Below are positions 19,054-27,031 of a stretch of 45,514 bases of DNA, piece by piece. Made by a program: the position numbers and the translations under genes. This stretch comes from Thermovirgaceae bacterium (GTDB taxonomy: Bacteria; Synergistota; Synergistia; Synergistales; Thermovirgaceae), in the NCBI GenBank assembly GCA_040767805.1, contig JAXGNU010000012.1:1-45514 (forward strand). Direction: 5' to 3'. The number at the start of each line of letters is the position of its first letter. Position 1 is the stretch's first letter. The notes below the pieces were generated by a model, which had not been told where the DNA came from, ran no database searches, and worked only from the letters and a program-made list of their open reading frames with translations.

Positions 19054-19117
19054 CAAGCGCTTCCAGCCGACGCACTCATGCTGAGCGCTCATGCGCGACT
19101 GAAGCGCGACGTTCGGC
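19048..19117 (+). other. attC site (70 bp)
   Basis: ACATAAC AAGCGCTTCCAGCCGACGCA..TGCGCGACTGAAGCGCGAC GTTCGGC; R'' matches upstream GTTATGC at 6/7. Confidence 0.9.
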
Positions 19118-19132
19118 GGCAGAGGGTGCGCG

Positions 19133-19687
19133 ATGATGGAACCCCAACTACTAACGGCTCTCCGAGTGGGGGCCTGGTCCGATCTACCGCCATCACCGGG
19201 TGTGTATTGGTGGTACTTCCCTCGGACTGCGCTCGGCAGCCTAGGAATTGCTGACTTAGCCGACGTTTCCCAATTGCGCTTTCGTAGCGCGGCCGAGGGC
19301 AAGGTCTGTCTTTATCATGGCATGGCAAACAATCTTGCGGAGCGAGTGAAGTGGCACGCTGCCCAGAAGTTGACGCTCAGTGCTCTGCGGTCAGGGTTCC
19401 TTTCGACCTTCCGGTTTACCCTGCTTGCTCTGAACAACTTTGACTACCTGCAAGGTGCCCAGCAAATCGACCAGTACTTTGATGGTCTATCGGTTGCTTG
19501 GCGAGTTGCGACCACTCGCCAGGAAGCCAAGGAGATAGAGCGCTCTGAACTTCAAGGTGACTACCACTATCCCCTCAACATTCAAGGCAATCAGCATCCT
19601 GAACTGGCCGGGTTTATCCGCCATTTGAAGTTGACCCGTAGCGCATACAAAGCGCGGTTTGTGTCGGTGACAACACAGTCCTCATAG
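19133..19687 (+). CDS. Cassette 6 gene 1: GIY-YIG-like nuclease
   Basis: SPGVYWWY...CLYHGMANNLAERVKWH...EIE...YPLN fits GIY / YIG / R / E / N spacing. Confidence 0.7.
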   Translation: MMEPQLLTALRVGAWSDLPPSPGVYWWYFPRTALGSLGIADLADVSQLRFRSAAEGKVCLYHGMANNLAERVKWHAAQKLTLSALRSGFLSTFRFTLLALNNFDYLQGAQQIDQYFDGLSVAWRVATTRQEAKEIERSELQGDYHYPLNIQGNQHPELAGFIRHLKLTRSAYKARFVSVTTQSS

Positions 19688-19701
19688 CTGCGGAGGTCGT
19701 C

Positions 19702-20004
19702 ATGCAGCCTGTTAATACCACCATCTACCTCGTGTCGTGCGTCAGCCGAAAGCGTGAGTTGGCGTGCGAGGCCCGCGACCTATATGTCTCGGAGTTCTTC
19801 TGCAAGGCCCGACGGTACGTCGAGGCATCAGGGTGTCCGTGGTTCATCCTATCCGCTGAGCACGGCTTGGTCGCACCGAATCAAGTGATCGCGCCCTACG
19901 AATGTACGCTCAACAGAATGAGGGTCGCCGACCGCAGGGCGTGGGCAGAACAAAGGTGTCAGACCTACACAATTGACGAAATTGAGATAAGCATAGCAAT
20001 TTAA
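19702..20004 (+). CDS. Cassette 6 gene 2: DUF6884-like protein, probably 3'-truncated after RRAWAEQ
   Basis: IYLVSCVSRK..ARDLYVS..F.KARRY..WFILSAEHGLV.P..IAPYE.TL; AT-rich unrelated tail and no closing attC. Confidence 0.75.
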   Translation: MQPVNTTIYLVSCVSRKRELACEARDLYVSEFFCKARRYVEASGCPWFILSAEHGLVAPNQVIAPYECTLNRMRVADRRAWAEQRCQTYTIDEIEISIAI

Positions 20005-20159
20005 AAACGGAATACCTCGGATAGGGATAGTGCAGCAAATAGGGAAATTAGCGTTTTTGCAAGTCGGAATTCCCCACTATCGCAAAACTTTTCCCCAGTA
20101 CAGGGTGAGGGGTTCCGGCTTGAAAAACAGTCGCGAGGCAGGTGCTGATGCCCCAAATG

Positions 20160-20195
20160 GCGAGGCCCCGTGGGGTGATCCCCACGGGGCCTCGC
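20160..20195. terminator. Perfect 16-bp hairpin downstream of the tRNA operon
   Basis: GCGAGGCCCCGTGGGG TGAT CCCCACGGGGCCTCGC. Confidence 0.65.
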
Positions 20196-20231
20196 TTTAA
20201 ACAAGAACCGCTTGATCTAGCGGATTAAATT

Positions 20232-20307
20232 TGGCTCCTCGGGCAGGACTCGAACCTGCAACCTAGTGGTTAACAGCCACCCGCTCTGCCTATTGAGCTA
20301 CCGAGGA
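20232..20307 (-). tRNA. tRNA-Asn(GTT)
   Basis: Cloverleaf, anticodon loop CTGTTAA, T-loop GTTCGAG, encoded CCA. Confidence 0.97.
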
Positions 20308-20335
20308 ATACTGGACTTCTCCAAAAGGGCTGAAG

Positions 20336-20409
20336 TGGAGGCGGCACCCGGATTCGAACCGGGGATAAAGGATTTGCAGTCCTCTGCCTTACCACTTGGC
20401 TATGCCGCC
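20336..20409 (-). tRNA. tRNA-Cys(GCA)
   Basis: Anticodon loop CTGCAAA, GTTCGAA, CCA. Confidence 0.97.
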
Positions 20410-20421
20410 CTCAACAAAAAA

Positions 20422-20496
20422 TGGAGCGGAAGACGGGATTTGAACCCGCGACCCCAACCTTGGCAAGGTTGTGCTCTACCCCTGAGCTACTTCCGC
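20422..20496 (-). tRNA. tRNA-Gly(GCC)
   Basis: Anticodon loop TTGCCAA, GTTCAAA, CCA. Confidence 0.97.
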
Positions 20497-20516
20497 CTCT
20501 CATCTCTGTGTTCATT

Positions 20517-20592
<76 letters not shown>

Positions 20593-20607
20593 CTTTTTTC
20601 AAGGAAG

Positions 20608-20684
20608 TGGCGGGGCTGACGAGACTCGAACTCGCGACCTCCGGCGTGACAGGCCGGCGCTCTAACCGACTGAGCTACAACCCC
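20608..20684 (-). tRNA. tRNA-Asp(GTC)
   Basis: Anticodon loop CTGTCAC, GTTCGAG, CCA. Confidence 0.97.
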
Positions 20685-20716
20685 GTGCTATCTATTATAA
20701 CCATTGAGAAGATTCC

Positions 20717-20791
20717 TGGTGGGCGAAACAGGGTTCGAACCTGTGACCCCCTGCTTGTAAGGCAGGTGCTCTTCCGCTGAGCTATCCGCCC
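20717..20791 (-). tRNA. tRNA-Val(TAC)
   Basis: Anticodon loop CTTACAA, GTTCGAA, CCA. Confidence 0.97.
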
Positions 20792-20817
20792 CTATGCGCC
20801 TGAGTGGCGCGAAGGCT

Positions 20818-20846
20818 AGTATATCGACCTCCATAAAGTCTGTCAA
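20818..20846 (-). promoter_or_regulatory. Sigma70 promoter of the tRNA operon
   Basis: Minus strand TTGACA (20846-20841), 17 bp spacer, TATACT (20823-20818). Confidence 0.85.
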
Positions 20847-20914
20847 CAAGGGTGGGAGTAGACTATAAAGAGGCAAAAGGACCGGCTGAGCGAAAAGGGT
20901 TGAGGTGATCGAAA

Positions 20915-22324
20915 ATGGGGGAGGTCAGCCTGGGCGGGCGGTACCGGGGCCGCTACAGCATCCTGGGGGCGGTGATGCTGGGGAGCATCCTGGGGCCCAT
21001 CGACGCGAGCATCGTCAACACGATCCTGCCCACGATCACCAGCAGCTTCGGCGTGGGCATATCCACGGCCCAATGGGTGACCATGATCTACCTCCTCACC
21101 ATCAGCAGCCTCCTGCTTTTTTACGGCCGCCTGGGCGATATCCTGGGGTACCGGAAGGTCTACCTCTTCGGCCTCCTGGGTTTCGTGGCGGCCTCAGGGC
21201 TGTGCAGCCTCGCTTCGACGATCCGGTGGCTCATCGCCTTCCGCGCCTTCCAGGGGCTGACCGCGGGGCTGACCATGGCGGTGCCCTTCGCCATCGTGAC
21301 GGCGTCGTTCCCCCCCGAGGAGCGGGGCAAGGCCCTGGGGATCAACGCCGTCAGCATCTCCGTCGGCCTGGCGCTGGGGCCTTCCCTGGGCGGGTTCATC
21401 ACCTCCCTGGCGAGCTGGCGCCTCGTGTTCCTCATCAACGTGCCCATCGGCCTCGCCGCCTTGGCCTGGGGCTGGCTCGTCATCCCCGAGCTGAAGGGCC
21501 AGCCCGGAAAGATCGACGCGGGGGGCGTGGTCACGGCGTTCATCTCCCTCTTTTCCATCCTTTTCTTCGTCCGCCGCCTCCAGAGCCACGGCCTGGACCG
21601 GGTATCGGGGCTGGTACTGCTGGCGGCTGTATCGTCGGGGATTGCCTTCTTCCGGATCGAGAAGAGGTCGCCGCAGCCGCTGCTCGACCTCGACCTTTTC
21701 CGGAACCGGACCTTCACCTTCGCCAACGTGAGCGCCCTGCTCAACTTCATGTCCCAGTACGTGATGGTCTTCGTCACGCCCTTCTTCCTCCAGGGGCTGC
21801 TGGGGTACCCACCCGACAGGGTGGGGTTGGTGATGACAGCCTTCCCGCTGGCCACCATGTCGGTGGCTCCCTTCAGCGGCTCCCTCTCCGACCGGGTGGG
21901 CTCCAGGGCCCCGGCCTCCGCCGGCGCGGCTCTTTGCGCCCTGGCCCTCCTCCTCATGGGGGGACTGCCGGCCTCGTCGGAGGCGGCCGACGTGGCCTGG
22001 AGGCTGGCCCTCTTCGGCGTCGGCACCGGCCTTTTCCAGTCACCCAACCACAGTGCGGTGATGGGTAACGCCCCGAGGTCCCACCTGGGGGTGGCTTCGG
22101 GGATCCTCGGCACGATGCGCAACGTGGGGATGGTCTTCGGCGTCGCGGCGGGTGGGGCGGTGCTCTTCGCCTTCGCCCCGCCGGGGGCTTTTCAAAAGGT
22201 CCTCCTCGGCCCCACGGAAAGGGCGGCCTTTTCCACCGCGCTGGGGTACGCCTACACGGCCGGGGCGGTCATGGCGGCGCTGTCGGCGGTCACGTCCCTG
22301 GTGGGGGAGAAAAAGCCCGGGTAG
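20915..22324 (+). CDS. MFS transporter, DHA2 (EmrB/QacA-like)
   Basis: D.SIVN..LP, GRLGDILGYRK, FPPEERGKALG, WRLVFLINVPIG. Confidence 0.92.
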   Translation: MGEVSLGGRYRGRYSILGAVMLGSILGPIDASIVNTILPTITSSFGVGISTAQWVTMIYLLTISSLLLFYGRLGDILGYRKVYLFGLLGFVAASGLCSLASTIRWLIAFRAFQGLTAGLTMAVPFAIVTASFPPEERGKALGINAVSISVGLALGPSLGGFITSLASWRLVFLINVPIGLAALAWGWLVIPELKGQPGKIDAGGVVTAFISLFSILFFVRRLQSHGLDRVSGLVLLAAVSSGIAFFRIEKRSPQPLLDLDLFRNRTFTFANVSALLNFMSQYVMVFVTPFFLQGLLGYPPDRVGLVMTAFPLATMSVAPFSGSLSDRVGSRAPASAGAALCALALLLMGGLPASSEAADVAWRLALFGVGTGLFQSPNHSAVMGNAPRSHLGVASGILGTMRNVGMVFGVAAGGAVLFAFAPPGAFQKVLLGPTERAAFSTALGYAYTAGAVMAALSAVTSLVGEKKPG

Positions 22325-22468
22325 GGATCCCTCCCGGTGATCGGGCGTCCTCGGACCTGGTCGCTACCTGAGTGCCGCCCTTCATGGCGTTCCTATGATG
22401 TATCATCAATGGAACAGCGCAACCCGGTCGAAACGGGGAGACCCCCCGCTGGTTCTTAGGTGCAGGGT

Positions 22469-22635
22469 GTGCCCGACGCAGGAGTCGATGAATCTAGGAT
22501 CAGGGTCGGCTAGGAAATCGACATCAACCGCTATTTCTACAAATACATACGTCAAGGCTGTTTGAAAAGATCAAAGCCGACCTCGAGAAGATCGAGAAGG
22601 GAATCACCAGCTTGCTTGCGGAGGTGACCGAATGA
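22469..22635 (+). pseudogene. hsdM: 3' remnant of type I R-M methyltransferase HsdM
   Basis: VPDAGVDESRIRVG*EIDINRYFYKY..(frameshift)..FEKIKADLEKIEKGITSLLAEVTE* resembles an HsdM C-terminus. Confidence 0.7.
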
Positions 22636-22910
22636 GCCAACAGAAAACCCCCTATCCCGGAGGGGAGATCGTAATTTATCAGGCAGAAGGCGACGGCAGT
22701 CAAATCCGTGTTCTGCTTGAAGGTGAAACCGTCTGGCTTACTCAACGACTCATGTCGGAACTCTATCAGGTCGGAGTAAATACCATAAATCACCATGTTA
22801 AAGAGATTTATAGGGATGGGGAGTTATTGCCCGGGGCAACTATTCGAAAATATCGAATAGTTCAAATCGAGGGAGCTCGCCAAGTTGAACGCATGATCGA
22901 TCACTACAAT
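22632..22910 (+). pseudogene. RhuM-family protein, N-terminal fragment
   Basis: EIVIYQ..ETVWLTQRLMSELYQ..TINHHVKEIY.DGEL..ATIRKYRIVQ.EG.R.V.R.IDHYN, then similarity stops. Confidence 0.85.
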
Positions 22911-22927
22911 CAGGGTGGTGATAATGA

Positions 22928-23173
22928 ATGTCTGCTATCTCTTTGAAAGTGGATGAAAAGGGCCGGGTAACACTGCCAAACAAACTCCGAAAGAACCTCG
23001 ACATCAAACCGGGCGATACGCTTTTCCTGCAGGAACAGGTTGAATACTTTGTCTTGAAAAAAGCGGTGGACCCTTTTGATGCTCTTGCTTTAGATGCATT
23101 AAGAGAGCGTAATGAAGGCAAGACCGTAGGTCTCAAGGATGTTGCATCTCAACTGGGGGTAGATCTTGAATAA
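22928..23173 (+). CDS. AbrB/MazE/SpoVT-family antitoxin
   Basis: KVDEKGRVTLPNKLRKNLDIKPGD. Confidence 0.88.
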   Translation: MSAISLKVDEKGRVTLPNKLRKNLDIKPGDTLFLQEQVEYFVLKKAVDPFDALALDALRERNEGKTVGLKDVASQLGVDLE

Positions 23174-23756
23174 GGACAAAGATCAGGAATATTCCATAGA
23201 ATTTTCAACGGGTGCCGTAAAAGACCTTAAAGCCAAGGCCTGCAAACCCCATCTTAACGAAATCTTTGAAGAGATCCAGATTCTTGGAACAGAACCCCTT
23301 GCAGGTGATCTCCTTGAAGGCTCACTTGCGAAAGTCCGGTCCCTTCACTTTTCCCTAAAAGGCAGTGGTCAATGGCGCGTAGCCTACTATGTCATGACCG
23401 AGGAGAAGGTTTGCCTTATCCTCCTTGTTGCCACAAGAGAGAACTTTTACGAAAAGGCCAACTCAAGATACAGGTCCATCAAGAAATCCCTGAGAAAAAA
23501 GGATACGCCGCTTTATATTGCAACTCCATACACCAGATTTGAGCTTACTCTGGAGAAGGAGAACGGTTATGAAAAGCGTTGCATGGGGGAGCCAATGAAA
23601 AACGATCGCGGCCGGGAAACCGGCCGTTTTTTATTCCCTGCAGGGCCTGAAACGGCAGATCATGGGGCAGCCGTAACGGCGGCTTGTATGATTTGTTCCA
23701 AACCTGTAGGATTAAGCAATAATATTCTCAGGAGTAACCCGTTAGGATGGCGATAA
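23166..23756 (+). CDS. RelE/ParE-family toxin (domain about first 105 aa; 3' extension doubtful)
   Basis: YSIEFSTGAVKDLK..PLAGDLLEGSL..RSLH..WRVAY..LVATRENFY; overlaps antitoxin stop. Confidence 0.8.
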   Translation: MNKDKDQEYSIEFSTGAVKDLKAKACKPHLNEIFEEIQILGTEPLAGDLLEGSLAKVRSLHFSLKGSGQWRVAYYVMTEEKVCLILLVATRENFYEKANSRYRSIKKSLRKKDTPLYIATPYTRFELTLEKENGYEKRCMGEPMKNDRGRETGRFLFPAGPETADHGAAVTAACMICSKPVGLSNNILRSNPLGWR

Positions 23757-23871
23757 GGGAAAGGACTCGCCTTTGCCACGGCCAACTTCATCCCCAGGGA
23801 AAAATGCCCCCGCCGATCTTAATTCTCACCCTCCCTTTTTCGGTATCCTAAACTCAAATCGGAGGTGCATT

Positions 23872-24348
23872 ATGAGCCAACGCCTGGATTACAAGGAAGC
23901 CTCGCCCGAAGCGTTCGACGCCCTGATACATCTCGAACGGGTGATCCACAAGAGCGGCCTGGAAGCGTCGCTGCTGGACCTGGTCAAGTGCCGTTCCTCC
24001 CAGATCAACGGCTGCGCCTGGTGCCTGGACATGCACACCAAGGACGCCCGCGCCAGGGGCGAGACCGAACAGCGGCTGTACCTGCTGTCGGCATGGCGGG
24101 ACGCCCCGGGTTACACCGAAAGGGAGCGGGCCGCCCTGGCCTGGACGGAGGCGGTCACCCGGATCGCCGTGCAGGGCGTGCCCGACGATGTCTTCGCCCA
24201 GGCTCGCGAGCACTTCAGCGAGAAGGAACTGGTAGACCTGAACCTGGCGATCATCGCCATCAACGGCTGGAACCGGATGAACATTTCCTTCCGCACCAAG
24301 GTCGGCGACTACGTGAGCCCCTACGGTTCGGCCGGGAAGAAGGGTTAA
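23872..24348 (+). CDS. Carboxymuconolactone decarboxylase / AhpD-like protein
   Basis: SQINGCAWCLDMH, ERERAALAWTEA, INGWNR; GGAGG SD before ATG 23872. Confidence 0.92.
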   Translation: MSQRLDYKEASPEAFDALIHLERVIHKSGLEASLLDLVKCRSSQINGCAWCLDMHTKDARARGETEQRLYLLSAWRDAPGYTERERAALAWTEAVTRIAVQGVPDDVFAQAREHFSEKELVDLNLAIIAINGWNRMNISFRTKVGDYVSPYGSAGKKG

Positions 24349-24371
24349 CCCGACCCTGAGGAGGGGAGAGG

Positions 24372-24737
24372 ATGGTGGCCGCAATGGATATTAAGACGAA
24401 GAGGGTCTATGAACCGGCATCAAAGGAGGACGGCGCCCGAGTCCTGGTGGACCGCCTGTGGCCCAGGGGCATAAGCAAGGAGAAGATGGAGGCCGACCTG
24501 TGGCTCAAGGAGGCGGGGCCGAGCACGGAGCTGCGGAAGTGGTTCAACCACGACCGCGCCAAGTGGGAGGAGTTCAGGTCCCGTTACTTCAAGGAACTGG
24601 ACGGCAACGCCGAAACGATTGATCAGCTCCTGGAGCTGGCGGCCAAGGGGCGCGTCACCCTTTTGTTTTCGGCCCACGACGAGGAGTTCAACCAGGCCGT
24701 AGCCCTGAAAGAGTACTTGCTGGCTAAGCGAGGGTAG
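24372..24737 (+). CDS. DUF488 (YeaO-like) protein
   Basis: [32 protein letters not shown]. Confidence 0.92.
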   Translation: MVAAMDIKTKRVYEPASKEDGARVLVDRLWPRGISKEKMEADLWLKEAGPSTELRKWFNHDRAKWEEFRSRYFKELDGNAETIDQLLELAAKGRVTLLFSAHDEEFNQAVALKEYLLAKRG

Positions 24738-24769
24738 GGTGCCGGTCCTTTGCCGGACCCTGCCGATGA

Positions 24770-24819
24770 TGCCGCCGCCTCGGGGACGGTCGACGCCCCC
24801 GAGGCGGCGGCACTTTTTT
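24770..24819 (+). terminator. Intrinsic terminator after DUF488 gene
   Basis: 16-bp stem TGCCGCCGCCTCGGGG/CCCCGAGGCGGCGGCA followed by a T run. Confidence 0.85.
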
Positions 24820-24851
24820 ATCTTTGCTTCAAGAGTAGCGGATCGCGTTGC

Positions 24852-24900
24852 ATTCTATTTATCGTTAATCGCTTGACAGGCGATCATCCTGGAATAGAAT
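24852..24900 (+). promoter_or_regulatory. abiEi promoter embedded in an inverted repeat
   Basis: TTGACA (24873), 16 bp spacer, TAGAAT (24895); ATTCTATT...AATAGAAT and inner ATCGC..GCGAT arms. Confidence 0.7.
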
Positions 24901-24906
24901 ACGGCT

Positions 24907-25707
24907 ATGAAGAGCCGTTTAGGAGAGATGGAATCACAGTTTTTCGCTTACACCCAGATGCGCGATATAACAAAGGTAAGGTCTGGAGACTTGGAGGGAC
25001 CGCTGGGGTTGACCGGGGACCAGGAGCGGCGTCTGCTCAGCCGCCTTGCCGCGGCCGGGATCATTGTCCGCGTGCAACGGGGATTATACCTTCTTCCGCC
25101 CAGGTTGCCGCTGGGTGGAGCGTGGGACCCAGGTGAGGCACTAGCCCTGACCACGTTAATGGAAGAGCAGAATGCGCGGTACCAGGTGTGCGGACCCAAC
25201 GCTTTCAACCGTTACGGTTTCGACGAGCAGATCCCCCTGAGAACCTACGTTTATAACACGGGGATCTCGGGAGATCGAAAGGTCGGGAAGGTAGCCTTCA
25301 CTCTTATCAAGGTGGCAGAACAGAGGCTTGGTGATACGGAGGAATTTTCAACCCAGGGCGGCCAGGTCCTGGTCTACTCTTCCAGGGTTAGAACGCTTGT
25401 AGACGCGGTCTATGACTGGTCGAGGTTCAACAGTTTGCCCAGGGGTTATGACTGGATATGCCAAGAACTCTCTTCCGGCCGAATAAGTCCGGAACGACTG
25501 GTGGATAGTGCTGCCAGGTTTGGTGACGTGGGGACAAAGCGGCGCATCGGTTTTTTGCTGGACCGCGAAGGAGTAGGACAGGCTCTTCTCAAGAGGCTGC
25601 GAGCAGGCCTGAAGGAAACCTCAAGTCCCATCCCCTGGATCCCGACCAAGCCCAAGATCGGAAAGGCCGACTCAAGATGGGGTGTTGTGGATAATGCTAG
25701 CGTCTGA
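24907..25707 (+). CDS. Type IV TA antitoxin, AbiEi family
   Basis: N-terminal wHTH LSRLAAAGIIVRVQRGLY, GFDEQIP, RTLVD, RRIGFLLD, C-terminal RWGVVDN. Confidence 0.85.
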   Translation: MKSRLGEMESQFFAYTQMRDITKVRSGDLEGPLGLTGDQERRLLSRLAAAGIIVRVQRGLYLLPPRLPLGGAWDPGEALALTTLMEEQNARYQVCGPNAFNRYGFDEQIPLRTYVYNTGISGDRKVGKVAFTLIKVAEQRLGDTEEFSTQGGQVLVYSSRVRTLVDAVYDWSRFNSLPRGYDWICQELSSGRISPERLVDSAARFGDVGTKRRIGFLLDREGVGQALLKRLRAGLKETSSPIPWIPTKPKIGKADSRWGVVDNASV

Positions 25708-25831
25708 TCTTCCTCCTATTCGCAACCATGAAGATCCTGTACTTTTTCGCGAAGCTCTGTCATTCACCGCCGCCGAAACCGGTTTTACCGCTCGACTGAT
25801 CGAGAAAGATTATTTTTGTACTCCGACATAG
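25694..25831 (+). pseudogene. AbiEii nucleotidyltransferase toxin, truncated after 45 aa
   Basis: MLASDLPPIRNHEDPVLFREALSFTAAETGFTARLIEKDYFCTPT*; EKDY motif; overlaps abiEi stop. Confidence 0.8.
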
Positions 25832-25882
25832 CGTTTGCAAAAGCGTTAGGTCCAAAGTGGATTGGGCCTCCCATTTTCCCTG

Positions 25883-25929
25883 TTGACAGGGGAGCCCCGA
25901 AGTATTACAAATGCCGAAATACGTAATAA
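25883..25929 (+). promoter_or_regulatory. Promoter with NikR-like operator
   Basis: TTGACA at 25883; palindrome TATTAC-N14-GTAATA (25903-25928) over the -10/start region. Confidence 0.65.
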
Positions 25930-25944
25930 AAGGAGGCTCCCCCC

Positions 25945-26988
25945 ATGCACATGGCCGATGCTCTTTTGTCTCCCGCGGTGGGCGGGACTATGTGGGCGGT
26001 GACCGCCGGGGTCACGGCCTATTCGGCGAAGAAGCTCAAGGAGTCCGGCGATGACACGAAGGTCCCCCTGATGGGCGTGCTCGGAGCCTTTATCTTCGCG
26101 GCCCAGATGATCAACATCAGTATCCCGGCGACGGGTTCCAGCGGGCATATAGGAGGGGGGATGATCCTGGCCATATTGCTGGGGCCTTACGCGGCCTTCA
26201 TCGTCCTTGCCTCGGTCCTTTCGGTCCAGGCCCTGTTCTTCGCCGACGGGGGCCTTCTCGCCCTGGGGTGCAATGTTTTCAACCTCGCCTTTTTCCCCTG
26301 CTTCCTGGCGTACCCTTTGATCTACCGGCCCATAGCGGGCAGGAACCCCTCGAACCTGAAGATCCTGGCAGGGTCGGTGGTTTCCGTCGTGGCGGCCCTT
26401 CAGCTGGGGGCCTTCTCGGTCGTGCTGGAGACACTGGCATCGGGCATTACCGACCTGCCCTTCAAGACCTTCCTCCTCCTGATGCAGCCCATTCACCTCG
26501 CCATCGGCCTCGTGGAAGGGGTCATCACCGCGGCCGTCGTGTCCTACGTCTGGAAGGCGCGACCCGAGGTGATCGAGGCGGTGCAGGGCGTCGCCCCTTC
26601 CGGGGCTGTGTCCCTCAAGAAGGTCATCGTATTTTTCGTCGCCGCGGCGGTGATCACGGGGGGGATTCTTTCATGGTTCGCCTCGAGCTTCCCCGACGGT
26701 CTCGAGTGGGCCATAGAGAAGACCTCGGGCCAAGAGGAGCTGGAGGCCCCCAAGGGCGGTATCCATTCGGCCCTGGCATTGCTGCAGGAGAGGTTCTCCT
26801 TCCTTCCGGACTACGGGTTCCGTGAACCCGAGGCCGCCGATGAGGGTGAAGCTGAAGGCGCCGCCCAGGGACAGTCCGTCATAGACCCCGGGACCTCGGT
26901 GTCCGGCCTCGTCGGCGGGGCGATCGTTTTCCTCTTGTCCGCCGGGGTGGGGTTGATCTTGAGAAAGGCTGCGGCCGGGAGCCGCTGA
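25945..26988 (+). CDS. Ni/Co ECF transporter substrate component (CbiM/NikMN fusion, PDGLE domain)
   Basis: N-terminal MHMAD, GSSGH, ADGG, PDGLEW. Confidence 0.92.
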   Translation: MHMADALLSPAVGGTMWAVTAGVTAYSAKKLKESGDDTKVPLMGVLGAFIFAAQMINISIPATGSSGHIGGGMILAILLGPYAAFIVLASVLSVQALFFADGGLLALGCNVFNLAFFPCFLAYPLIYRPIAGRNPSNLKILAGSVVSVVAALQLGAFSVVLETLASGITDLPFKTFLLLMQPIHLAIGLVEGVITAAVVSYVWKARPEVIEAVQGVAPSGAVSLKKVIVFFVAAAVITGGILSWFASSFPDGLEWAIEKTSGQEELEAPKGGIHSALALLQERFSFLPDYGFREPEAADEGEAEGAAQGQSVIDPGTSVSGLVGGAIVFLLSAGVGLILRKAAAGSR

Positions 26989-27031
26989 CGGTCTTTGCGC
27001 CGCTTCCCGGTCGCGGGGTAAGGAGCCCTTT

